From Octopus vulgaris (lineage: Eukaryota), in the NCBI GenBank assembly GCA_951406725.2, contig OX597823.1:64046001-64110000 (forward strand): 64,000 nt of DNA. The letters run 5' to 3'. This document shows, in pieces, positions 25,291 through 39,741 of this stretch (position 1 is its first letter; each line of letters opens with the position of its first letter). The notes below the pieces were generated by a model, which worked only from the letters and a program-made list of their open reading frames with translations, searched no databases and was not told the DNA's origin. The translations under genes were made by a program, and so were the position numbers.

Positions 25291-27818
25291 GAATACAAAG
25301 GGCTCTGTCTGAGATGTTAGAATTTTCTTCTCCCCCAAAACAATCCATTTTATTCTGCACTGATGTAGACCAGTAATCTTGTTTCCTCCTGCCTGACAAT
25401 TCTAGTGTCTGTTTTTGTGTTCAATAATCCAGTTCACTTTGCTATAGGTACAATAGGATGAACTATTAACAGCTGCAGATAGTGGCAGCACTGTTTAATT
25501 GATGGGTTGTTATTTAACTTGCATCTGGGAGTTAATCTCATTCAGTGGCCCTTCTGTTCCGACTCTTTGTCAGAAAGGTTGATAATTAAAATTACTCATT
25601 GGTAGATGTTTCTAAAAATGAACACTTAATGTAATTTCACAAAAATTGTCTGATAATAGATGACTACATAAGAAGAATTAGATGAATGTATTGTATTTTT
25701 AGTGTATCCATTTTCTACGCTTCTTCAATACCTTCTTCTGTTTCTGTAAGGTGTAGTGCTCCCAATGCCACTTTCACTGTTGTTCCCTATCCATGTCAAG
25801 GTCTGCAGTTTCACTAAATTCAATATGACAGCATCCAGCTAAATCCTCATTAACTGGAGAAACATATGTTTTTTGCAAAGTTTTTCCTGTCTGTATTTCA
25901 GTTATTTTCCAGGCCTCCAAACACAATATGTTATAGCATGTGTCTTTGTAATATATTATTAGCATGTTGTCATTGCTTTTTTTTTTTTTTTGCTGCTATG
26001 GTTTATATGAAATTTTCTTGTGTAAATTACTTCCATATTTTAAGAGTAATTTTATGTTCAATTAGTAATCACTAAATGAGAATTTGAACTAGATTAAAAT
26101 ATTGTCCATAAGCATTTTTATTTTTTGCTTTGCTTTTCTGTTTATATTCTGTATTTTCTCTATTCTTGTTTTCTTTAATTTTTTTTTTTGCTGTTTCTAC
26201 TTTGTAAATTATTGACAATAACTTGTTGCACACATTTTATTTACTGATCTTGCATGTAATTGAATAATTATTAGTTTGAACAGAGGAAAATAAAGTAAAA
26301 AAAAAAATGCATTTTTTAAATTTCTTTTTTTCTGTTGCAAACAGTGATGTCATTATTTATTTTTATATAAAAACAAAAATAAAAAAAAAACCTTTCTCTT
26401 GTAAAAATATATTATTTTCTGTTTTCCTTAAAAATGTAATCATGCTATGAAGGAGAGGGAACACTCTCTGTCAAGTTTGAAAAATATCACTTGCTTTGGC
26501 TTATGCAGCTCAATGCGTTACGTTGGCCAAGTCATAAATCTTTAAAGTTATCTGTAGGATTTTAGATTAAAACATCATCATTATATCTGTGCAAATTACA
26601 GTTAAGAATTTATTGCACTAAAAAATTGATAAACTCAGAAACTAATTTCAACTTTAGGGTAAAAAGTAAATAAATAAATACAGCAACAAAAAAAAAAGAC
26701 AAAAATGTAAGATTTTTTTTTCATTTTTCTTCTGAATGTTTAAAAACATATTAGGATGAATGTAAGCAATATTGAACATGGAAAATTATTATGAAAGAAA
26801 AGAAATGTAAAGAAAATAATTAGAATAATAACAAAACCTTTCCCTTCTGAATAGAAAAAAAAAGCATATAAAAAAATAAAAACATGTACAACTGTCCTCA
26901 ATATCAAAACAATGCAAAACCATAAAAAAGGCTCAAAAACCCAACAAAACAAAAAACAATAAATACAAATTGGACAGAAATGATGATCTACTATGTTGAA
27001 ATAATAATGCATTATTGGTAATTTAAAAGAAAAATTATTTTATGATTATCTATAATTACATAATATAGGATTATTGTTATTAAAAATTTGATTGGTAAAA
27101 AAAGTAATGATTTTGTAGAAATAGATGACTATCCAACTGTATGACTTCTTAGGACTTAGTGTTTTGTGTTTCACTGGAATCTGGGTTCAGATCCTATCAT
27201 AATTTGCTTCACTCTTTGTACCCTGATGTTGATAGAATAAATGGTAGTAAAATAAAGGTGGCGATTTAGCAGATTCGCTAGCACGTTGAGCGAAATGCTT
27301 AGCTGTATTTTGTCTGTCTTTTCGTTCTGAGTTCAAATTCCACTGAGGTCGACTTTGCCTTTCATCCTTTCGGAGTCGATAAATTAAGTACCAGTTACAC
27401 ACTAGGGTCTATGTAATCAACTTAATCCCTTTGTCTGTCCTTGTTTGTCCTCTCCATGTTTAGCCCCTTGTGGGCAATAAAGAAATAAGAATAAATGATA
27501 GTAAAATATTTGGTTCCATTCAATTGATTTAAGCTTCACTTTGGAAACAAATTTGTCCTTATGCTTATTTCTCCTTTTACTTGTTTCAGTTGTTATTGGA
27601 TTCTGGAGTGTATATATTCCCTGCTGGATGGGAATATATACACTGGATTGGAGAGCTGTACCAGGGTCTGTTTGTCTGTTTTGGCATTGTTTCTATGGCT
27701 GGATGCCCTTTCTAATGCCAACGACTTTACAGAGTATACTGGGTGCTTTTCATTTGGCCTGTAGTATATATCTATATTATATATATATTTATATACATAC
27801 ATACACACACACACACAC

Positions 27819-27867
<49 letters not shown>

Positions 27868-28076
27868 CGTACATAATGTACTATTTCATTATTGGTGGGA
27901 GCTACAAAAAAGTTACTCTATCCCATGAGAGACAAATACCATTTAATTTACAGATTTAAATGTGAGCTACTATACGTTTCATGCTTCTGATAGTGCTACA
28001 GTTGGATGAGCTTGTATAGCATGCCATGTATTATGAAAAGCATAAAATTTATAGGAACTCACATTTAAATCCCCTA

Positions 28077-28139
<63 letters not shown>

Positions 28140-28865
28140 TAGCTTAAAAAGCTCCTGTGGAGGGCTCTTCATTAAGCCTTGGGCCCAACAAAAACACTTT
28201 ACGCATTGAGTACACATTAAGTTTTATCAAACCTGAACAATTTTCATCAAAACAATGATATAATTTGTCGACTTGAAACATATTGCAAAGCTACATGATA
28301 CACAATAGTAATACTGCCATACACACACCATTCAGACTTCTGACACCACCACCATCAATACCTTTAACTTTGCTGTCTTCCCCTCCACCACCATCACCAC
28401 TGTCTTTCACATTGCTTTCTCTCATCGTTATACCTGACTGCCTTGGCTACCACCGCCACCACCACCATCATCACTGCCGCCTCTATCACAACTACAGCTC
28501 ATACTATTACTATCACTCCATTACCATCACAAAAAAGCTAAATTTGTGTGTAAAAGAATTGAATGTTCAGTGTGTTTATTCAATGTTCAGTCCCATTTTC
28601 TCCCACTACCACCATCAACACTACTATTTTTAATAAAACATCATCAACTCTCCCTAAATTTCTTTGCCTCTCTTTCTCTCCCTTTCTTTTTTCGCTCTCT
28701 CTGTCTGTCTTCATCACTGCCCCCACCATCTCCATAGCTACTATTACTCCCACCCTAACATGAGCAATAGTAGAAGTGTCTTTGAATAATGAGAGAGGGG
28801 GTCAAAGTGTGACACACTGATACATAGAAATTAGTTTTCACATTTATTATATATATATACTTCTC

Positions 28866-29441
28866 AGAGGCATCAGATGTGGTGTGCAAGAGAGATGACT
28901 GTGCTGGTATGGTCATGTGATTTGTATGAGCAAGGACAACTGTGCGAAGAAGTGTCAATCTCTAATTGTGGAGGGAACCTTTGGAAGGGGTAGACCCAAG
29001 AAGACATGAGATGAGGTGGTGAAGCATGATCTTCAAATGTTGGGTCTCATGGAGGCAATGACAAGCTACTGAGACCTTTGGCGATATGGCATGCTTGAGA
29101 AGACCCATCAAACCAAGAGTGTTGTGTAACTGGCACTTATGCTGGTGGCATGTAAAATGCATCCTTTGAACTTTGGGCGATATACTGTACTTGAGAAGAC
29201 CCGTTAAGCCAACTGAAACTGTAGTTATGGCTCATGCCAGTATTGCATAACTGGCACTTGTGATGGTGACATGTACAAAGCGGCCACTACAATCTTGAAG
29301 TGGTTGGCTTTAGGAAAAGCATCCAGATGCAGAAATCATGCCAAATTGGACTGGAACCTGGAGCAACTTCCCAGCTTACCAGTTTTCAAATTGTCCAAAC
29401 TATGCGAGTAAGGAAAATGGACATTAACTGATGATGATGAT
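28866..29441 (+). mobile_element. RTE-clade LINE 3' fragment with (GAT)n tail
   Basis: Decayed peptide ..AKKCQSLIVEGTFGRGRPKKT*DEVVKHDLQMLGLMEAMT..DLWRY (RTE C-terminal GRPxKTW motif), then a 3' UTR ending aaatggacattaactgatgatgatgat. Confidence 0.8.
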
Positions 29442-29456
29442 ACATACATACATACA

Positions 29457-29507
<51 letters not shown>

Positions 29508-29769
29508 AGTAGTTTAAACAGGGACAACTGAAGAAGCGGAACATTCTTTATGTTGAATGTCTCATTTTTCTGGGTTTTTTTCGTTGTTCAGAAAAATTTC
29601 GTTTCTAAATTTTTGTTTTTGTTTTCGTTTCTCATTGTGTTCAACGTTTTTTTTTTCTGATGTCCTGTACCCATATATGCATGTATATATACATATATAT
29701 GTAGGTACGTACGTATATGTATGTATATATGCATATATTTATATATTATTTATATTATTATTATTATTA

Positions 29770-29906
<137 letters not shown>

Positions 29907-30454
29907 CCCTTAGTCACAATTAGTGACAATTGAATTTTTCCATTTTGGTTTTATATTACATATAACAGCCTTCGTTATTTTATATACATATATATAATAT
30001 GAGAATTTTTGTCATAAAAGCATATTGTATTTTGACAGAATAATACTATTTAGGTGCATTATGGTTTTTGCAACCTCAATGTTCTGAATTTGAGCCACTT
30101 GCATGGCATCAAGAACAAATATAATTTTCTGTAACCTCAAAGTGACCCATAAAGTAGATGGAAATTCTATAGAATCCCATTGGTTGGATTGTCACTATAA
30201 TTCTAAATGCCATACTGTTTCTGCCTGAGAAATACGTTAAAAGTACATGTTTGCTGAATGCCAAACCACTTAAATCTTTATTCCATAGCAGGTAATACAG
30301 GTAATCAAACAGCTGAATTCTCATTAACAAATGACAGGGATCTACCTGTGGTATTTCCTAAAGATATTGTACTTCGCTAAAAAATTTCCATAACTGTTTT
30401 ATATTTTGTGAGAATATATATATATGTTTCTTTTTGCTAAATTCTCTTATTCAG

Positions 30455-30593
30455 ATTGCCAGAAACGAAATACTTCTTAACAGCCTATCCCAAGACCATC
30501 AGCCTTAGCACTGGCACATGCTTTTATCTGCCAGTCACATTTCATCCACTAGAAGAGAAAGAATACAAAGACAAGATAAAGTTCTCTACAAAT
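30455..30593 (+). CDS. CFAP65: Next coding exon of the CFAP65-like gene (139 nt, phase 2 in, phase 0 out); absent from the ORF track
   Basis: Branch-like ctaa plus pyrimidine tract attctcttattcag|A, and donor ACAAAT|gtatgt. The first A completes the GA|A (Glu) codon from the previous exon. It encodes LPETKYFLTAYPKTISLSTGTCFYLPVTFHPLEEKEYKDKIKFSTN, matching recalled human PPKTKFFFTVIPQPIFLSPGITLTLPIVFRPLEAKEYMDQLWF. Confidence 0.85.
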
Positions 30594-32189
30594 GTATGTA
30601 TTATATTAAAATGGTTCCATTAACTCTTTGTCAAATTGCAAAGAATTAGAATTCCACTGTACTAAACTTGCATATTCATGTATTTATTTTACTTTCATCT
30701 GTTGTTTTCTCTTTTGAGTTTCTTTTTTATGTCATTGTAAATTAAATTGTAAATAAATCTTCTTGTATTGGTCTGAGTCATGGGGTGTCTACCATGACCA
30801 TCTACAACCTCTTGAAAACTTCTGCCAGCACTGCCTCAGCATCATCTTCAACATCTACAGAATTTATTTAACTTTTTATCACCATTGGAATCCCCAAACA
30901 TGTGGGAGTTAACAGTGTAGAAGCCCTTATAGCAACCTTGTAGCTGCTCTGTCCAGTGCTGCTGGACAGAAAACTTTTCTAGAATGGAGAATTAGTGCCT
31001 TCCCAAAATTGGACTGTAAAGCAGCAGACCATGCACTGTCCCTTTTAAATGCTCTGCATTTAAAATTCTGACTGAAGTTGCAAACAAAAGAGTTAATTAA
31101 ATGATTAATAATAATTTTAACAATACTATTAATGCAATTTATCTCATCCTCTCATCTTCAATAAATTCATATATAACTCAAAGCTGATATTTTGATTGTA
31201 TAATGCCTTCTTCAAAGCTTAGAAAAACAATAGCAATAAATGAAGAAATTACAATGAGGAAACAGATGGTCTGAGGCTGTCATTCTGTCATAAAGTCTAC
31301 GACCCAGCCATTGGTATTTTGTTCACATTCCAACCTTCTGTGCAATGGAAAATCGTAGACAAGCTTCTTGTGTGAAGATTCTTACCTGTGTTAAATGATA
31401 TCATATTCTAGTTCAAATGTAAAAATCTAATTTAAAGTATCATTTGCTGTGATTCTTTATCCTTCTCTCTTGAGTTTCTGGAATGTAATAGCAGAATCAT
31501 TATCATATTGGGCAAAATGCTTGGCAGCATTTTTTTTCCTGGCACTTTATATTCCGAGTTCAAATTCCGCTGAGGTTGACTTTACCTTTCATCCTTTTTG
31601 GGTTGATAAAATAAAGTATCAGTCAAGTACAAGTAGTAGTGTGATGTAATTGACTTATTTCTGCCCCTCAAATATTATTGGCCTTCTGCCAAAAATTAGA
31701 AACAAAGTATTTGTATTTCCTGCCAGAATAAACACCATAACTGTCGCTTTTGAGCGAGTATGGCCTGGTAGCATGTATCATGCTTTTGCTAATTGCTTTA
31801 GGTGCCAGTGTAATCATGAGCACACGCAGTGGACCATCCAGAATGTGACAGTTGGATAAAGAGAAAGCTGTACCAATACTAAACTGGTACTCATTTTCTG
31901 TTGAATGGACTGAGAAATGAAGAACCTTGCCCAAGGACACAACAGGTTGCTTGGTCCAGAAACTGAATCCACAAACTTATGATCATGAGGCCTCCAGGCA
32001 AATCAATGTATCAGGCCCTATAATATTTATAGACAGCAAGTCACATTATATATAAATCAGAATTGGGCCCCTAGAATTGGCCCTAGAAATAGCTAAACCC
32101 TACGTTACAACTGTACGTTTTGGTTTTCTTTGATTCATTTAATCATTTAGGATAAACGCTTGTGTACTGAGAGTACTGTTCTACTCCAT

Positions 32190-32800
32190 CTCTGAATGTA
32201 AGAGTGAATATCTCATCAGACAGTGAAGCAACTCTGAAGGTGTTTCAACCCCTGTCACCTTGATATCAGAGCTCCTCAGGGTCACCCAAAAATACTGGTG
32301 ACAAAATTCCCATGCAACAGCATGAGCTTTGTTGAGTCAGATGTTGTAACTCTGGGCCAAATGTTTCTATCATCTACAATCCTTGTTTCTGCAACATTTC
32401 TCCTCTCTTTTGAGCCAGATGTAATGGCATGCTTTCTCAGTGGCTTCAGACAATTTTCTGGCAATATCTTTTGTCTCCTTCATGGCCAGTAAAAGACATC
32501 TGAACATTGACTGAATTCTGGTTCCAACAAATAGCTCTCACACCTATATCTATAGGAAAGCATATTGCCTTTGACCAACTGTTTTCACAGAATTCAACCA
32601 ACTCACTGTATTTTCTATTTTTCATGAGGAAAGTATATTCAATGTTCACTTCCGGGGAATTGTCAACTCAATCATCTTTAGCACTTTATTTTCTTTGTGC
32701 CAGATGACATGTTCAGGTCTTTTAGCCATAATAAGTAGGAAGTGATATTTACCAACAAAGTCAACAGAAACTTCCCAAGACCCCTCTCATTTTGGATCAT
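32190..32800 (-). mobile_element. 3' remnant of a Hero/R2-group non-LTR retrotransposon (restriction-like endonuclease domain plus 3' UTR)
   Basis: The minus strand reads WEVSVDFVGK..KRPEHVIWHKENKVLKMIELTIP/EVNIEYTFLMKNRKYSELVEFCENSWSKAICFPIDIGVRA ... LSEATEKACHYIWLKRE. This matches RPDxVxW..VELTVPWE..K..KY..L...PxEVGxRG..AAExASxWxWLKR, with frameshifts. Confidence 0.8.
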
Positions 32801-33359
32801 TCTTTCTTACAATAATTAGTTTGCAGTGTTCGCCTTCTTTGCAAAACTTTGCAATCTGTGTTCCACTACTTGTGATCTTTTGCTGCTGTTAATATTATTT
32901 CAATTACAAGAATCTTCATTTCAGCAGTAGAATATTGACTTTGGCTGTAATAGGTGTAATTTTGATTGAATCAACAATAATTACTTTGCTTACATAATTG
33001 CATTCGAAACTAAAGATTCATTGACTACAAGGAATATTTCTCTGACTTCTTCATTGTGAATGTGGTTTAAATATTGAGTTATTTCAAACATATTCCTTAG
33101 ATAGCTTTCTTTTCTTCCTTATATTTCCAAAATTTTGATATCCCTTTGATTTCCTTCTAGAGTAAAAAGTATTTTATCTGACCTTTTGTTTTCCCTAACT
33201 GTGAAGGACGGAAATGTCAATGATATGAAAGAAAGATCAAATAGAGTAATTTTTTTTTTATAGATATTTCTAAGTTTTATGTTTGCACTTATATTAAAAA
33301 GCAGAACATAAGCAAGTTGAGATGTGAGAGTAATATGGCATTAAAGACATCAACTGTTC

Positions 33360-33410
33360 TCTGTGTGTGTGTGTTATATATATATGTGTGTATATATGTA
33401 TGTATGTATG

Positions 33411-33473
<63 letters not shown>

Positions 33474-33494
33474 ATATGTATATATGTATATATG

Positions 33495-33531
<37 letters not shown>

Positions 33532-33568
33532 GTATATATGTATATATATATGTATATATGTATATATG

Positions 33569-33643
<75 letters not shown>

Positions 33644-33700
33644 ATATATATATGAATGTATGCACACTTTTATATATACTCATAAATGTATGTGTATATA

Positions 33701-33747
<47 letters not shown>

Positions 33748-33766
33748 ATATATGTATATATGTATG

Positions 33767-33811
<45 letters not shown>

Positions 33812-33896
33812 ATATATATATGTATTTGTATATATGTATATATATATATGTATGTATGTATCTATATATATATGTATATATATATGTGTGTGTATG

Positions 33897-33928
<32 letters not shown>

Positions 33929-34120
33929 TACACATATATAGTCATATATACATATGTATATATACTCATAAATGAGTACACATATATGTATATATACATA
34001 CACACATATGTATATATGTATGCATGTATTTATATATGTATATGTGTGTGTGTTTGCATATACATGTATCTATCTATCTACCTATATACATACATTCATT
34101 CATTCATACACATGCACACA
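33360..34120. repeat. Compound (AT)n/(ATGT)n microsatellite, representative of many similar tracts (e.g. 760-1480 TCTA, 1850-2360 TGTA, 10660-11050, 14250-14570 AAT/GAT, 54430-55310)
   Basis: Directly visible; these tracts produce most of the listed spurious ORFs. Confidence 0.95.
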
Positions 34121-36099
34121 AGATGAAGATATAAGTGTGTTACTAATGATGTATTGACACTTGAAGCAAATGGTGGCTGAGTGATGCCTAAAGTTGTTCT
34201 GTGCTGACAGTGGACTATAACTTTGGTTAAAAATCTTAATACAATATAAAAACAGCTGGTAAAAATAAGCTCTAAGAATACGGGTGTTCACAAGTTATAT
34301 GACAAAATATTGCAAAGGCAGGGCTATTTACTTTAAAGCAAACCTACCCATCCAACTCCTGTCATAATGAAACAGACAGCAAAGATAATCTAGTCCATTA
34401 AAATAATAAATAAATGATTTAAATAAAGCAAATTAATCAATAAAATTAATGGTGGTGCCCCAGCATGGCCACAGCTCATGAGCTGAAACTAAAAATAAGA
34501 AATAAGAAAAAAAAAGATATGTTTGAAAGAATTATTTCCCTTTGACATTAACTATGAAATCTTGTTCCTTTGTCCTCAGAGTTTAACTTTGAATAATGAC
34601 AAGAAGTAGTCAGACACAGCAAGCTCATTATATTATTAGATTTAGCAAACATTACATTGATAGGTTCTGTTGATTGATGGCCATTTTTTTCGCTTACACA
34701 ATACCTTTACTTATTTGCAATATACGGAGAAAAATATTTATTGAGACTATAATTCATATTTTAATTGCTTTCTTGCTTAAACTGATTAGAGAATAAATTG
34801 AAATTAATATCATAAATACAAGATGCTATGATAAAAAAAAAAAATATTAGCGAGACAAAAAAATATTAAGAAGAATCATTGTCTAGACTATCAGGCATGA
34901 TACTCTATGGTATGAATAATTTAGTGGTTTCTGTAGCTGGATTTCGGTTCAAACCCTGCCATTGTTATCTTTTATTTTTGTTTTTTTTTCCTCTAATGCT
35001 TAAAAAAAATTTTTTTCTTGCTTATTGCAACAATCTGTTTCTTTTTTTCATGTTCCATGCCATTCGTCATCAATGATCATGGATCTCCATGCCAAAATTT
35101 GAAGATTTATTATTTTTGTTGGGATAAATTCAAAGATAGTTTCCTTTTTACATTTTTTTCTCTTCCTTTAATTTTTAATATTGAAATTATTAAATGTTAT
35201 TGTAAAATTCATTGTAACATATACAGTGTTGCCTAAAAAAAATGTAGAGATATATTCTAGTGTATATTATAACTCTGTTAACTTATCAATAATTTAATTT
35301 TTAAGTGGCTTTAAGGCAGCAAGCTGGTAGTATTGTTAGCCTGCCAGACAAAATGCTTAGCGGCATTTCATCTGTTTTAATGTTCTGAGTTCAAATTCCG
35401 CCGAGGTTGACTTTGCCTTTCATTCTTTCAGAGTTGATAAAATAAGTACCAGTTGAGCACTGGGGTTCATGTAATCAACGAACTCCCTCCACCAAGATTG
35501 CTGGCTTTGTGTCAAAATTTAGTGGCATCTAATTCATCCCTACCTTCTGAGTTCAAATTCTGCTCTGGTTGACTTTGTCCTTCATCTGACATAAAGATAC
35601 ACGCACATATATATGATGGGCTTCTTTCAGTTGCCATCTACCAAATCTAAATCCAAGGCTTTATTCAGTCCAAGGATACAGTAGAAGACGCTTGCCCAAG
35701 GTGCCATGCTGTGGGACTGAACCTGAAATGATGTGATTGAGAAATAAACTTCTTACTACACAGCCATGCTTCATTCTGGCATGGGATGAACAGATCTGTT
35801 TCAACAGAGTGTCTGACCAACACTTGCAGTTTATCATTATTTAATAAAATACAGACATCATAAGAGGGAATGACCATTCTTTGTTGTCATGTAAGTCATG
35901 TTCTTTACTTTTATGTGGAGATGGGGACAAAGAGAGTGATTTTTTTTTGTCATGTCTGGATGACCTGTCAATCACTGACAACATTATGACATGGAGTGGG
36001 TGGATTTTTAATTGTGCTACTGGTACTAGAGCCGTTCCATGATTGTGTCTCTCAACATTTGTGATTCTTCAGCTTTTGATTCATATGCCCACTCATGAA

Positions 36100-36154
36100 T
36101 ACGAATGCCACCGCCATCGTCATTATCATCAAAACTACCATCATCACCACCACC

Positions 36155-36186
<32 letters not shown>

Positions 36187-36545
36187 CTTCCTCCTCTCAT
36201 CCTCCAACCCCTCTCATCCTCCAACCCCTCTCCCCTCTTCTTCTCCCTCTCTCTCCTCCACTTCCTCCTCCCCTCCTCCTTCCTCCCCTCCTCCTCCTTC
36301 CATTCTCCTCCCCTTCCTCCCCTTCCCCTTCTCCTCCTCATAATAATCATCATCATCCTCATTACCCCAACCACCCCTGCCACCACCCTCCTCCACCCCT
36401 CTTGTTTCTCCTCTTCACCACCACCAACGCCACCCTTCCACCCCCCTCTCCATCTCCTTCTACTGCTCTTGTTCCTCCTCTTCCTCCCTCCTTTCTCTTC
36501 CTCCTCCTCCTCCTCCTCCTCGCCACCACCACCACCACCACCAGT
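36100..36545. repeat. C-rich low-complexity tract (CAC/CCT repeats; polypurine on the minus strand)
   Basis: Directly visible. Confidence 0.9.
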
Positions 36546-36811
36546 ATTATCATCTTTTCCCATTATAGCTTGGGTTGAATGACCCAGGTTTCATGCAGTG
36601 GGATTGAACCCAGAACTACCCAGTTGCAATGTGAGCTTCTTAACCACACTGCCTTTCTTGTGACTATGCAGTTTATCTTGCCTGAAATACAGCATCTACC
36701 ATAGTCTTCTTATCTGAAATATCTAATGTCATTATTTTTTGGAATATAGTTTAACCCTGGGCCTGTCCTGTTTGAGCAAACATATGATCAAAAACATTAC
36801 AGTCACTGCCT

Positions 36812-37216
36812 CTCCTTTACTCCTTTACTTGTTTCAGTCATTTGACTGTGACCATGCTGGAGCACCACCTTTAGTTGAGCAAATCGACCCCAGGACTTAT
36901 TTTTGTAAGCCTAGTACTTATTCTATCAGTCTCTTTTTGCCGAACCGCTAAGTTACGGGGACATAAACACACCAGCATCAATTGTCAAGTGATGTTGGGG
37001 GAGACAAACACATACACACACACACACACATATATATACATATAGACATATATAAAATGGGCTTCTTTCAGTTTCCGTCTACCAAATCCACTCACAAGGC
37101 TTTGGTTGGCCCGAGGCTATAGTAGAAGACACTTGCCCAAGGTGCCCCGCAGTGGGACAACCCAGAACCATGTGGTTGGTAAGCAAGCTACTTACCACAC
37201 AGCCATTCCTGTGCCA
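36812..37216 (-). mobile_element. SINE family A
   Basis: Reverse complement of the consensus. Confidence 0.85.
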
Positions 37217-37970
37217 TTCTATCTTTTCTTTTTTTTTCAGACACAGTGTATTTAGGACTACATTATACAATGTGTCCTTTTCAATTAGGAAAAACAAAAA
37301 AAAAAACTTTCTAGAGATGCCAGGGTGAGATTTGATGTGAATTTAGCTGTTAGTTCTAGCAATATCAAATGGTGTTATCTCTTTCCTTATTGTAGATTTC
37401 AGTGGTATATTGCTGTTATTTTGTTTTCAAATGTATAAAAAATAAAAAAGAAATTATGAAATTGTTTAATATTGTAAATCTCTAACATTCTCAGTATTAG
37501 ATAACATTCAGTAACAGAAAAAAAAACTACATCCTGCTTCCTACAGAATTAAAAGAAATACACGCATACACACACACACGCACACACACACACACACATA
37601 AATCAAAAACTGCCCAAAAATATCCTATCATTTTTTAAAAGTATTTTTGAAAATACATATACATACATACATGCGTTCCCCACACACACTTGCACACTTG
37701 TACAGACAGGGAGAGACAAATATGCATACACACCTAATGCATACATATTTATATATAAAAATATATCTTTTATATGTTGATATCTTGGTATGGAAAATAA
37801 AGCAAGGAAAATTATGTTATAGTTGTAATAATAATGATGATGACAACGATGATGATGATGATAATCATGATGATGATGATGATGATTTCTAACATTATAA
37901 AATGATATTTTTTGTATAATAACAATAATAACAATAACAATAATAACAATAATAATAATGATGTCAATAA

Positions 37971-38026
<56 letters not shown>

Positions 38027-38968
38027 TAATGATGATGATAAACATTTGTTTTTTTATAGCCATAAGGGTGATGAATGCCGGGGTAGCTATCATAAAAACA
38101 GGTTATAGAAAAGAGTCCTTTTTAGTTCTTTTTTGTTTTGTTTTTTTCACATCAGGTGGGTGGATGGTGGAGAAAAAGCAAAAAACAAAAGCAAAAAGAA
38201 TGAAAGTGTCTGAATGTGTATATTAGTTATAGAATCCTAAAACCCAATCTATATAATTTGCAACTGAAAAATACTGTTTTATATTCTAAGGAGATGGCCT
38301 GATGTATGCTGAACAGATAGACACATTTTCGGTTATCGTGTATTTATTTACTTATTTATATATGTATTTATTCAAAAAACAAAAACAGAAATATAAAAAA
38401 AGAAAAAAGAAGAAAGAAAGAATGAAGGAAGGTGTGTTTGGTGTATATATGTAGGTGGGAGGAAATGTCTGTATGTTTCCTGTACAGGTTTCACTGTGAA
38501 ACTTTATATATATATGTGTGTGCACGGTTTTTTAAAAACTGTCCTGTGATTATGTGGTTGTTTTTCAAGTAGTGGATAAATTGGCAGATTTTGATGTCTG
38601 ATAATAAACCGTTTCCAGTGTTTTGGCTGGTGGAATATGTGGATATGGGTGTTTAGGTGAGGAGTATGTGTAAATATCTGTCTGTCTGTAAGTATGTATG
38701 TGTATATAAAATATATATATATATATATATTCTTATGCACATATATTCTTAACATAATTCTCAGGGACATTCAGCCTGACACAGAATGTGACAAGGCTGG
38801 TTCTTTGAATTATAGTTACAGCTCATTTTTATGAGATGAGTAGACTGGAGCAACATGGAATAAAGTGTCTTGCTCAAGGACACAATGTGCCACCAGGAAT
38901 TGAACTCATGACCTTATGATCATGAGCTGAATACCCTAACCACTAAGCCATGTCCCTTCATGCATATA

Positions 38969-39534
38969 ATGGGTTGTCCAGAAAGTTCGTGCCGATTTAT
39001 AGTAGCTTACCTTTCGACTTATTTTAGAACATAGTTGAGTCCATAAAATTGGATTTGACTACACCTCCATTTAGAGCACAGTTTAAGCTATCTTTTCGTG
39101 GAAGAAGGTTTATGTTTCTATAACCTTTGTTAATTCTGTAACCTTTTAAAATAAAAGATGAGAAAGTTCATTTTCGGCACTTGATGCTTTGGGAACCAGA
39201 CAAAAATTGCAGCAGCTCGGCTGGGATGTGTTACCCCGCCCTCCATATTCCCCAGATATTGCTCCTTCAGATTTCCACTTATTCAGGTCTCTGCAGAATA
39301 GTCTTAATGGTAAAAATTTCAATTCCTTGGATGACGTAAAAAGATACCTTGATGAATTCTTTGATCTGAAACCACCTCAATTCTGGGAAGAGGGTATTTT
39401 GATGTTAAAGGAAAGATGGAGATGCGTTGTGCAACAAAATGGTTCATATTTGGTTGATTAAAAATGTAATGGCAAGTATTTATTGACCTTTTTCTTTCCT
39501 TTAAAAATCGGCATGAACTTTCTGGGCAACCCAA
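38969..39534 (+). mobile_element. Internally deleted mariner element with both TIRs
   Basis: TA|atgggttgtccagaaagttcgtgccgattt ... aaatcggcatgaactttctgggcaacccaa. ORF 39189-39461 has LGWDVLPRPPYSPDIAPSDFHLFRSLQN (YSPDLAP motif). Confidence 0.9.
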
Positions 39535-39536
39535 TG

Positions 39537-39625
<89 letters not shown>

Positions 39626-39741
39626 CAACCATTTTCCATGCAAGCATGGGTTGGATGGTGCGACAACAACTGGTAAGTCAGAAGATTGCACCACATATGC
39701 ATGTGTGTGGGTATATATATGTGTATATATATATATTCATA

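Noticed and set aside
27953-28071. Short imperfect inverted repeat with GAAACGTA on the minus strand
   Set aside because: No CUGANGA half-core was found; it is noted only as a small fold-back remnant.
36043-36582. Pro/Ser/His-rich and Gly/Glu/Arg-rich ORFs (also 44413-44787 and 45931-46407)
   Set aside because: These are low-complexity trinucleotide tracts open in several frames on both strands.
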